The translations under genes and the position numbers were made by a program. The notes beneath the pieces are model-generated. The model did not search any database and was not told the DNA's origin. It was given only the letters and a program-made list of their open reading frames with translations. Shown piece after piece: positions 1 through 8,776 of a DNA stretch of 64,000 bases. The DNA is from Candidatus Heimdallarchaeota archaeon (GTDB taxonomy: Archaea; Asgardarchaeota; Heimdallarchaeia; Hodarchaeales; Hodarchaeaceae). Each line of letters begins with the position of its first letter. Position 1 is the stretch's first letter. The stretch lies in contig CP070695.1 in assembly GCA_020353515.1 (NCBI GenBank), positions 3,678,277 to 3,742,276 on the forward strand, read 5' to 3'.

Positions 1-1
1 C

Positions 2-235
2 ACTAATTTTTTGATTGCAAGCTTTCGATGGGATACCCGCTATGTCCCGCTAGGATCTTCTTTTTTAGTGAGGGTAATTGCTTTAGATTCATTCGGATTC
101 TTTGTTATGGATACTTCTGATCAGCCTTTTACAATTCAGGGCCCCTCACCTTCCTCAACCTTACTCTTCAGATTAGTACTTTTTTTACTTATTTGTTCTT
201 TACTTGTTATTTTGATAAAAAAGAAGGCTAAATAA
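2..235 (+). CDS. C-terminal fragment of a membrane-anchored/secreted protein (5' end outside window)
   Basis: Frame is open from the window start. Ends in a P/S-rich linker, a hydrophobic helix (LLFRLVLFLLICSLLVILI) and a basic tail KKKAK. Confidence 0.6.
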   Translation, partial: TNFLIASFRWDTRYVPLGSSFLVRVIALDSFGFFVMDTSDQPFTIQGPSPSSTLLFRLVLFLLICSLLVILIKKKAK

Positions 236-280
236 AATCCACTTTCTTATCCGAATTTTTTTTCTGAAATTTACATTTAA

Positions 281-1366
281 TTACTTATCAGGTATTCCCC
301 CCTGAAGAGCTTTTAGAGTTTCTTCATCCAATCTTTCTTTTGAATAGTTAGGATTGTCTGCATATTTTTTAGTAAAATCATAAATGCCAAAATCCATGTT
401 TTTATAACTCCAATAAGTATAAGAAATTTGATATTTACGAAAAATGGATATTAAGTCAGTAAGCCAATTCTTTCGGGTTTCTTGATCAGCTTTTACCACA
501 CAACCAAACTCTCCACATAAAATTGGGACTTTATACTTCTCTCTAAAAGCTAAGACAGGAGAAATTAGCTTTTCGAGTTCTAGTTTATTCCATTCTATAT
601 CCTGTCTCTCAAAAAATGAAGCAAATTGAGGGGAGACTCTGGCAACCTCCTCCTTCATGTTTGCTAAACCCTCAGGCCTTCCTGGATATTTTACATACCT
701 TCTATAGATATTATTATAAACAAAAGGAACCCATTCAGCCATCTGATGAGTTATCACATGTGGTTCATAAAAATGAAAACTATAAACAATTTTCTCATCA
801 GGAAATTTCCTCATATTCTTAAAAGTTGAAGCTTGTCCCCAAAGATTTGATTCAACGATGATATAACTGTTTGTATCATTTTTCCTAATTGTAGGAAGTA
901 CCTCTTTCACTAATTCATACCAATCTGAGTCTTCTGGTGCAATTGGTTCATTCATGATCTCATACATAACATTTTTTGATGTTTGATACCTTTTAGAAAG
1001 CATATCCCAAATTTTGAGAAATCTTTTACGATTCTCAGAGTTCTTATCCCATAGGTCATTGTTTTCACTTTCTCTAACATCGAAAGTATGTCCTGGGGCT
1101 TTATGTAAATCTAAAATAAGAAAAATATTATTTTGATGAGTCCAGTTAACCACTCGATCTATCAATTTCAGTCTATTTTCTAAATAATAAAATGGTTTTT
1201 CACCAGTTTCAAAGAAAAAGTAATCAACGGGCAGTCTAATGATATTAAACCCCCATCCTTTAATAATTTCTATATCATCAACTGTTATGAATGTATTTAG
1301 ATGTTCCTCATTAAATTCGTCCGCTTGAGAAAAATAACCACCAATATTCACACCTTGTAAGTACAT
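281..1366 (-). CDS. Glycoside hydrolase family 5, CelC-like endo-beta-glucanase, cytoplasmic
   Basis: GVNIGGYFSQ, IRLPVDY, LDLHKAPG, acid/base MNEP, FHFYEP, nucleophile CGEFG. No signal peptide. Confidence 0.9.
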   Translation of the reverse strand: MYLQGVNIGGYFSQADEFNEEHLNTFITVDDIEIIKGWGFNIIRLPVDYFFFETGEKPFYYLENRLKLIDRVVNWTHQNNIFLILDLHKAPGHTFDVRESENNDLWDKNSENRKRFLKIWDMLSKRYQTSKNVMYEIMNEPIAPEDSDWYELVKEVLPTIRKNDTNSYIIVESNLWGQASTFKNMRKFPDEKIVYSFHFYEPHVITHQMAEWVPFVYNNIYRRYVKYPGRPEGLANMKEEVARVSPQFASFFERQDIEWNKLELEKLISPVLAFREKYKVPILCGEFGCVVKADQETRKNWLTDLISIFRKYQISYTYWSYKNMDFGIYDFTKKYADNPNYSKERLDEETLKALQGGIPDK

Positions 1367-1367
1367 G

Positions 1368-1919
1368 CTACATCTCCTTGTGTAATAAATTTGGGTTATC
1401 TTTATTCATTATTTTATAGAGATTTCTTATCGTATTAATCTGACCAAAATGATAAGTATCATGAAAAATCATCGTTGAGATTATTTGTTTTATTGGCCAT
1501 AATTCCCCCCAATTAGTAGAAACTAACTCCTCTAATTGTCCATCAGATAGATTCTTAATACTGTCTATTAATCGGGTCTGAGTTTGTTGTAAGTAAGCAA
1601 TACAGTCTGGCCATTCGGGACTTTTAAGGTCGTTCCAGTTCAAAGTACCTTCCCTGAAAGCATATTCGTCATACATCTGCTTACATTGTGCTATATGAAT
1701 GACCTTATATTCGATAGTAGAAACGGGATCCAATGTTTGGGCTGAAACCCATTCATTTCCTTTTTCATTCCACTGTTTAATGATTTCTAAAGTTCTGGAA
1801 TGAGGAGTAAGCCTCCACTGTGCTTCTTCCTTCGAAATTTCATTCAAATCATGTACTAGTCTTTGAAAACCCCTTTCTAACTCCCATATCATCATTTGAA
1901 CCGTATTTTTTCCATTCAC
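1368..1919 (-). CDS. DinB/YfiT-like four-helix protein
   Basis: IHIAQ and FHDTYHFGQI His triad typical of the DinB superfamily. Confidence 0.8.
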   Translation of the reverse strand: MNGKNTVQMMIWELERGFQRLVHDLNEISKEEAQWRLTPHSRTLEIIKQWNEKGNEWVSAQTLDPVSTIEYKVIHIAQCKQMYDEYAFREGTLNWNDLKSPEWPDCIAYLQQTQTRLIDSIKNLSDGQLEELVSTNWGELWPIKQIISTMIFHDTYHFGQINTIRNLYKIMNKDNPNLLHKEM

Positions 1920-1972
1920 TTTTCAAAACTCCATATACCGTTTAAAAGTGTGAAATTATCTGGTCTTCACTT

Positions 1973-3631
1973 CTATTTTCCATTACCGATCCAGATACAA
2001 TCTTCTAGATCTATTTGAGGGACTCTAAAGAGGGGATCTATTTGAATAAAAACGGGTTTTCGAGTAGATTCAAACCCTATGATTTGCGATCCCTTTTTTG
2101 TGAAAGTAACAGGTTTAATAAACAACTCGCCTTCTGGAGAAGTCCGATACCCAATATCAGTTATCAATTCTATATTTTGTTCTGATTCAACCTTTATTCC
2201 GACTTTTGTTATAAAATTATCCTTCGTTTCTTGTGAATCGACACTAGTAATAGAAATATCGATTTTTGGAACTTGGTTAATCCAGGGGTCTAAATATTCT
2301 ATAATATTGACTGAAGTTTCCTTTTCTAAGCATACAAAGAGTTCATCATAAGTCACATTTTTATAACCATATTCTCTGAAAAAACGTCCCAATCCATTAA
2401 AAAACGCATTGTCTCCAATTTTTTGTCTTAATTGTTCCCATACTAGAGCGCCATAATAATATATTAGAGCAAAATTTTCCTTTATTCCACCAATTTTGTC
2501 AACATTTGACAGAGTTTTATCAGTCTTGAAACCTTTACTTTCAATATAGCTATTTATAAAAAATCTCCTTGCAAGGGCACCTACATTCACATTTGCAATT
2601 TTTTCCATTGCCCAAGCGGTAATGAAATTCGCTCCTCCCTCAGCGAACCACTCAAAGAGATTACCAGAAAAGTAAACATAGAATAAATTCCAATTATGAA
2701 AAATTTCATGAGCACATATTCCTGCCATATAGGGTTCATTCAAGAATTTAGTATCGAAGTAGATAGTATTCCCCTTGTTTTCTGCACCTCCGATGGTTGA
2801 ATCATATGCTCCCACAGTCGCAAACTTGTATGTTTTTGTTCCATTATCACCAAAGTATTCGTAAAATAGCTGTACGATATGGATAAGAGAATGTAATAGA
2901 TCTTTATCTAAAGACAACCCAGGATAAATGTAAAAATCAACACTCAAACCATTTTTGCTTTGACTAAATTTCTGATAAGGTGCAACTGAAAATGCTGGGA
3001 TATTAGGAGTTTTACTTCGGTAATGGTCAAGAATAAATCCGTTTTCCTTTTTAGTAGATTTTAATAAACCAGGGACACAAGAATAATTTCCTTCAGGATA
3101 CTTTATTGTGAGATCAAAAGGTGCCGAAGGTTCTCCATAAAGTACATGAAAATAATGACCACTAAAAGGCTCAATAGCATAACTTACTAGCGGATCAACC
3201 ACAAAAGACCACATATACTCTGGATTACTTTTGTTTATTTCATCAGCGGCCATATGAACGTTTAAATAAATTGAAAGTGTTTGGTTAGGTTTAATGCAAT
3301 TTTGTTCAAAATTAATTTTGATAAATTGATATAGAATTCCCTCAAATCCTTCGTAACGTATAAATTGGTCTTCAAATTGAGTAATTATATATTTATGGTT
3401 AAGTATTTTGTCAGTGGTAAGGTCTTTAATGATGATAGAGTCAATCACTAGATCTCTGTATAAAATGGCTTCGATTTCTTTAATATCTTTATTCGATATA
3501 TTTCTCACTGTGATTTTTTGTTTTGATCTGAATAATCCTTTCTCTGGATCGATTTCATAAAATAAATCATAATTGAGGATTTGGAACAATTTCTCTTTCT
3601 CAAGGGTTTCAATAAAGTACTGAACACGCAT
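1973..3631 (-). CDS. M1 family zinc aminopeptidase
   Basis: GGAEN (GAMEN-like), HEIFH zinc motif, third ligand in FAEG, YYYGA Tyr motif. Confidence 0.85.
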   Translation of the reverse strand: MRVQYFIETLEKEKLFQILNYDLFYEIDPEKGLFRSKQKITVRNISNKDIKEIEAILYRDLVIDSIIIKDLTTDKILNHKYIITQFEDQFIRYEGFEGILYQFIKINFEQNCIKPNQTLSIYLNVHMAADEINKSNPEYMWSFVVDPLVSYAIEPFSGHYFHVLYGEPSAPFDLTIKYPEGNYSCVPGLLKSTKKENGFILDHYRSKTPNIPAFSVAPYQKFSQSKNGLSVDFYIYPGLSLDKDLLHSLIHIVQLFYEYFGDNGTKTYKFATVGAYDSTIGGAENKGNTIYFDTKFLNEPYMAGICAHEIFHNWNLFYVYFSGNLFEWFAEGGANFITAWAMEKIANVNVGALARRFFINSYIESKGFKTDKTLSNVDKIGGIKENFALIYYYGALVWEQLRQKIGDNAFFNGLGRFFREYGYKNVTYDELFVCLEKETSVNIIEYLDPWINQVPKIDISITSVDSQETKDNFITKVGIKVESEQNIELITDIGYRTSPEGELFIKPVTFTKKGSQIIGFESTRKPVFIQIDPLFRVPQIDLEDCIWIGNGK

Positions 3632-3824
3632 AATGTATCAAATATACAAAAAAATGTAAATATCCATATAAGAATATCTTTATTGGCAAATCAATAAATT
3701 TGAGTGGAGAATTCTAGTTTATAGAATTTTTAAATCAAAAAACTGGTAGTTTCAGAAATTTAAATAAACCACCTCTAAGTACTTTTGACTATACCCAAAC
3801 TGTTTTTCAAGAAGGAACGTCTTA

Positions 3825-4772
3825 ATGGATCCATTTTTCATATCATTAGCCTTCATTGGAACTATTGTTATTTCGATAAGTTTTGTATATAGTAAGTTAG
3901 TTCTTGCTCAAATTAAAAATCCAATACACATGTTATTTCTTCAGATAACAATAAACTACATTCTCTTGTTAATTATCTACTTACCAAGTCTCTTAGTGTT
4001 TGGTTCCGAATTAAATGTAAATTTATCCATTAACAATATTTTCATTATATTTTGTTCTGCAATGGCGATTTTCACTGGATTGATCGCATTTTTTATTGGA
4101 TTACATGAGGGAAATGTTTCTGCTGGAGGAGTAATTGTTTCATCAAGAGTAATTGTTAGTCTTTTCTTAGCATGGATGTTCTTAAATGAGCGTTTTCCTT
4201 TCAACTCGTACCTTTTTATTTTTATAGTGTTCATTGGGGTTCTACTGGTATCATGGCAACAAGAGTTGAAATTAAAGGAAATAATCCTGTTTAAATCCAG
4301 TGGTTCGGGGTGGTTCCTAGTTGCTGTTACTTTTTTTGCAATAGGAAATGCATTTATTCGCCTACTTAGCAATCAGATCAATGTTCTCACTCAACTTGTA
4401 TTCCGATTGACATTTCTATTAATTGCTACTCTCCTGACCTACCCCTTATTAAATAGGAAGATTGGAGATAAAAGACACTTAAAGGAAACTCTTGGAAAAC
4501 CAAAACTGGTTTTACAGGCCACAATATATGTGATACTGATAATGATAGCAGATATTACCACTACTCTCGCTATAGGGGAATCATTAACTATTACTGAAGC
4601 TATTACTGCTTTAGAAGGTCTTTTTGTATTTATTTTCATGTTTCTCGTCGCACAAAATGAAACTCTCCTGAACGCTCTTCAAGAACCCTTTGATAAAAAA
4701 ACTCTAACAGTAAGATTTCTAGGAGTAATAATAGCCACTATTGGGATAATTAGTTTTATATCCAGTCTATGA
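3825..4772 (+). CDS. EamA/DMT family transporter
   Basis: About 10 TM helices in two repeats; LAWMFLNERF motif. Confidence 0.8.
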   Translation: MDPFFISLAFIGTIVISISFVYSKLVLAQIKNPIHMLFLQITINYILLLIIYLPSLLVFGSELNVNLSINNIFIIFCSAMAIFTGLIAFFIGLHEGNVSAGGVIVSSRVIVSLFLAWMFLNERFPFNSYLFIFIVFIGVLLVSWQQELKLKEIILFKSSGSGWFLVAVTFFAIGNAFIRLLSNQINVLTQLVFRLTFLLIATLLTYPLLNRKIGDKRHLKETLGKPKLVLQATIYVILIMIADITTTLAIGESLTITEAITALEGLFVFIFMFLVAQNETLLNALQEPFDKKTLTVRFLGVIIATIGIISFISSL

Positions 4773-4829
4773 TAAAAAAAGAAAGGTTATTTATGTGTTT
4801 GATTCTATAAAGAAAAGGAACGATCAACA

Positions 4830-5681
4830 ATGAGCGATTTTTTAAATCTAAAAGGAAAAATGGGTGATTGGGGGCCGTTTGAGCTGGCTAGTTCAAATAC
4901 ATTAATTTTCTCGATGGGAAATCCCTGTGAAGGTCATGGACCTGCATTATCTCCTGATAATGATAGTCGCTGTGCTAGTTTCGTAGCTTATCATGTATCA
5001 GAACGATCTGGAGCCAAATTTGTAGCTCACATACCGTATACTACTGATCAAGTTGGGGATATAGCATTAGATTGGAGTCCTGCTTATATACCAATGGAAG
5101 AATGTGTGAATAATTGTGTAGCTTTTATAGAATACCATTGTAAGGTTCTTCAAGAAATAGGTATTGAATTTTCTAGAATCATCATTATAAATGGTCATGG
5201 TGGTAATTATGGAGTTGATAAATTCTCTATTTGGGACGAGTTAAAAACTAAATTCAGATTGTCTGATTTAAAATTTATAAACACATATGAGGTAGATATT
5301 CATGAAGTCCTTCAATCACAAGATTTCTCTACTGAAACTCATGACGCTTATTTGACTGCAGTACAAACAGGAGGGCATGCAGATACTATTGAACACTCAA
5401 TTGCGACATTATATAGTGGAATCGATTATGGGAAGTTCTACCAAATGAATAAATTCATTAAAACAGATATAGGAGCTGCTTTGAAAAAATGGCCTATTTT
5501 AGGAGGATTAGGAGGTTACCTCAAATTTGGTGGAGAACGTTATGAACCGTTGAGAAAGGTAGGACTAGAACGGTGTTTGAGACAATTTGAAGAAGATGGA
5601 CAAATCTATTTATTTCCAGAATTAGCCCAAATTGTGATGGAACATCTTGTAAAAAGGATTACCAATATCATAAGATCTTAA
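4830..5681 (+). CDS. Creatininase/ArfB/MftE-family amidohydrolase
   Basis: GNPCEGHGPAL...D, NGHGGN and HAD..E metal-binding motifs. Confidence 0.8.
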   Translation: MSDFLNLKGKMGDWGPFELASSNTLIFSMGNPCEGHGPALSPDNDSRCASFVAYHVSERSGAKFVAHIPYTTDQVGDIALDWSPAYIPMEECVNNCVAFIEYHCKVLQEIGIEFSRIIIINGHGGNYGVDKFSIWDELKTKFRLSDLKFINTYEVDIHEVLQSQDFSTETHDAYLTAVQTGGHADTIEHSIATLYSGIDYGKFYQMNKFIKTDIGAALKKWPILGGLGGYLKFGGERYEPLRKVGLERCLRQFEEDGQIYLFPELAQIVMEHLVKRITNIIRS

Positions 5682-5720
5682 AAGGATTTCTGTAAAATAA
5701 TTGTTTAAAGTGGTTGAAAA

Positions 5721-6725
5721 ATGAAAGCTCAACATATAATATTCCCTTCACCTGATATAATAGAACTAGAAGAGTTTGAGTTTGATATCACAGATTTGGG
5801 AAAGACAGATATAGCAATAGAAACAGAGTTCAGTATTGTCAGTACTGGGACAGAGCTAGCAATACTTAAGGGTATAGAATCGTGGGCTCCTTTACCTTTT
5901 GTCCCTGGGTATGGATCTATCGGAAAAATTATAGCAATGGGTAAAGCCATAAAACAATTAAAGATAGGTGATCGTGTATTCACCTTTGGTAAGCATACTA
6001 GCCATGGTTTAACATCTGTACTTACTCTTCCAGTACCAGATGGTCTAGATAGTTTGGAAGCTGTTATTACTAGGATGGCTGCAGTTTCGATAACTGCAAA
6101 TCGCGTATCACAAGCTGAACTTGGTGATTATGTTTCTATATTCGGGTTAGGGTTGGTTGGTAATTTATCAGCACAATTATTCGCACTTCAGGGATGTGAA
6201 GTGATTGGAATTGACATTTCTCAATCAAGACTTGACTTAGCTAAAAAATGTGGTATAAAACATACTATAAATCCCTTGGAAGAGGACATAAATAAAGAAA
6301 TATATGCTATTACTAATGGGGAGATGTGTAGCTCTGTAATTGAAGCCACTGGGCTGCCATCAGTTGCTGAACAAGCAATTACGTGTGCTGGTGTATTAGG
6401 AGAACTTATCCTGCTTGGAAGTCCAAGGGAAGAATATCAAACTAATTTAACGGACTTTCTCAATCGAAGCCATCTCATGACACATGGTTGTATAACAATC
6501 AAGGGAGCATTAGAATGGCGTTTTCCTGTCAAGAGAAATACAATATCCAAACATTCTATTGAAAGGAATTTAGAGATTATCTTCAAATTTATCCAAGGAA
6601 ACAAACTAAAAGTTTCTAACCTTATTACTCATGTATTATCCCCCTCGAAGTGTAAAGAAGCGTATGAGGGGTTAAAAAACAATAAAGATGAATATATTGG
6701 CGTTATTTTCGATTGGAAGAAATAA
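5721..6725 (+). CDS. Medium-chain dehydrogenase/reductase (BchC-like subgroup)
   Basis: SIVSTGTE (no catalytic Zn Cys), PGY, Rossmann GLGLVG. Confidence 0.8.
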   Translation: MKAQHIIFPSPDIIELEEFEFDITDLGKTDIAIETEFSIVSTGTELAILKGIESWAPLPFVPGYGSIGKIIAMGKAIKQLKIGDRVFTFGKHTSHGLTSVLTLPVPDGLDSLEAVITRMAAVSITANRVSQAELGDYVSIFGLGLVGNLSAQLFALQGCEVIGIDISQSRLDLAKKCGIKHTINPLEEDINKEIYAITNGEMCSSVIEATGLPSVAEQAITCAGVLGELILLGSPREEYQTNLTDFLNRSHLMTHGCITIKGALEWRFPVKRNTISKHSIERNLEIIFKFIQGNKLKVSNLITHVLSPSKCKEAYEGLKNNKDEYIGVIFDWKK

Positions 6726-6759
6726 AGAATCATCAAGTCTTCGATAAAATATAAGAAGC

Positions 6760-7551
6760 TCAAAGTAAAGTAATGAGTCGTCCTGTCCAGCCTATATTTA
6801 ATTGATTTACTCCCCTATATGAATTTACATAACCAAACTCAATCCTTACTCTATCTTCAACTTTCACCTGTGAAATCTGTTCGCTCCACAATACTAAAAC
6901 GATTTTACCCGTCGCATCACCAAGTTCTGCGTTAGCTACATTGAGTATTTTTCCTGTAGATCGGGAGGTCACTTTTCTAGATGATGCTATTGTAAGAATA
7001 ACCCCCTCTACTGTAATATCCTTCAATCCATCTTTTAATTCCCCTATTTTTGTCATCTCGTAAGGTGACGATGAGTCCATTACTTTCTGATACCAAACTC
7101 CTCTCCAATTGGAATCTCCCTTTTCCCATCCAACCTGTATAAACCCTAGCTTCTCGTAGAAGTGCCTTGTCCTCACATTCCACTCAGGAGTGCCTAATGT
7201 CCAAATTTGGACATCGGGATACAATCCCCAAAGTAATTCCATTGCTTGGGTACCAATACCTTTGTTATGGTGAGGAGGATCTACAAAAATTCCTTCTAAT
7301 ACATGATGTTTTTTTCCCCCAGACCTAGCGAAAATACCACCGACAATATTATCATCTAAGAGTATTTTGAAGTAATCCATAAATTGCATAAATCGTTGGT
7401 GGGATGATGGAGAGTCATATCCTGGAGGCCCTCCAGGCCCAGGCGCGCCCACTTCAACGTCACTTTCATAAGCTTTTTTTGATATTGACGCGAGCTCCTC
7501 AGCATCCTTTTTCTCTGCTCGTACCATTCTAATTTCAATCATGTTCTCCAT
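6760..7551 (-). CDS. GNAT acetyltransferase fused to an SSB/RPA-type OB fold
   Basis: N-terminal FVDPPHHNKGIG and FYEKLGF. C-terminal KIGELKDG..., LGDATGKIVLVLW, YVNSYRG matching single-OB archaeal SSB. Confidence 0.85.
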   Translation of the reverse strand: MENMIEIRMVRAEKKDAEELASISKKAYESDVEVGAPGPGGPPGYDSPSSHQRFMQFMDYFKILLDDNIVGGIFARSGGKKHHVLEGIFVDPPHHNKGIGTQAMELLWGLYPDVQIWTLGTPEWNVRTRHFYEKLGFIQVGWEKGDSNWRGVWYQKVMDSSSPYEMTKIGELKDGLKDITVEGVILTIASSRKVTSRSTGKILNVANAELGDATGKIVLVLWSEQISQVKVEDRVRIEFGYVNSYRGVNQLNIGWTGRLITLL

Positions 7552-7660
7552 TCTCTATTTTAAATAGGCAATTAAAGTGATAAAGAGTGATTCACTCCTA
7601 TAATAGCAAATCGAACAATACTAATATTAATCAGTTTGTTGTGGTAATGAAATTTTTTCT

Positions 7661-7707
7661 GTGAATAACTCCATAATAGCTGTTGAAATTATTATGGAGA
7701 AAATCAC
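7661..7707 (-). terminator. Stem-loop downstream of the ROK kinase gene (possible terminator or processing signal)
   Basis: Perfect 10-bp inverted repeat CTCCATAATA (7669-7678)/TATTATGGAG (7690-7699), flanked by GTGA/TCAC. Confidence 0.4.
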
Positions 7708-7719
7708 TCAGTTAAAGAG

Positions 7720-8739
7720 TTATTCATCTGTAAACATGAACACTAGTTTCGCTGCTCCATACAATGAGGCGTCACCACCCAGTGAAGAAGACAATATTCT
7801 AATTTCTCCCTTCTCAACCTTTTTTGCTAAATAACGCTGAGAATAATTGGTCACAATCTCAATGACACGATCCAAAAATAGCTCAGCAGACTGGCCCACT
7901 CCTCCCCCAATGACAACTATTTCTGGAGCTAAGGTGCTAATGAGGTTTGATACAACAATACCTAGGTATACCGCGGTTTCTTGCACTATCTTCAAAGCAA
8001 GTGGGTCACCCTTCCTTGTGGCTTCAAAAATCAATTCAGAGGTTATCATATTAATATCGTTGTTCACCATATCCATCAAGATAGTTTTAGATCCTCTACG
8101 TATTTCTTCAATGACTCGCCTTGCAATACCAGTGCCAGAACAGAAGCTCTCAAAACATCCTTCATCATAAACCTTATCCATGAAGCTGGGGCCAAGTAAC
8201 GTCCATCCTATTGACCCCGCAAGCCCCCCAACTCCATCGTACGGTTTTCCATCTAAAAGAATACTGCTTCCGATACCTGTTCCCAAAATGATATAAATAG
8301 CATTTTTCGCTTCACGGGCAACACCTACCCATTCTTCACCAAGTATGGGGGTAACATGGTCATGTACTGCAAATATCGGGAGTGATTTACCGAGATTTTC
8401 TTGCAGCCATGTTGTTAATACAGAACCTTGGATTTGTGGGATGTTCGTCTCCCACTCAATTTTATCGTCATATTTTTCCACGAGTGTGGCACAAGCAATC
8501 CCAATTCCTTTAATTTTTAATCCATTTGTTTCTGACCTGTCCAGTCCTTTTTGTATCAGCTTTGCAATCTGTGACATTAAATCTGTTGTATCTCCCTGAA
8601 TAGTAGGTTCTTCAATTCGGAATACTATTTTTCCTTTTGAATTAATTATGGCAGAAGAAATCTTGGTTCCTCCGACATCGACCCCAATAGCAAACAATTC
8701 GTTCTCAAGGTTAGTATCAGGAGACAAGTCTTTTCCCAA
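7720..8739 (-). CDS. ROK family sugar kinase (glucokinase/GlcNAc kinase-like)
   Basis: GVDVGGTKI, LGTGIG, GCFESFCSG, GGGV. Confidence 0.9.
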   Translation of the reverse strand: MGKDLSPDTNLENELFAIGVDVGGTKISSAIINSKGKIVFRIEEPTIQGDTTDLMSQIAKLIQKGLDRSETNGLKIKGIGIACATLVEKYDDKIEWETNIPQIQGSVLTTWLQENLGKSLPIFAVHDHVTPILGEEWVGVAREAKNAIYIILGTGIGSSILLDGKPYDGVGGLAGSIGWTLLGPSFMDKVYDEGCFESFCSGTGIARRVIEEIRRGSKTILMDMVNNDINMITSELIFEATRKGDPLALKIVQETAVYLGIVVSNLISTLAPEIVVIGGGVGQSAELFLDRVIEIVTNYSQRYLAKKVEKGEIRILSSSLGGDASLYGAAKLVFMFTDE

Positions 8740-8776
8740 GTATTTAGAATATTAGATTAATTACCTTCTTCAATAA

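Noticed and set aside
7661-7707. GTGA-flanked hairpin as a possible SECIS element
   Set aside because: No correctly placed 3' GA for the tandem G-A core, and no nearby gene has an in-frame TGA.
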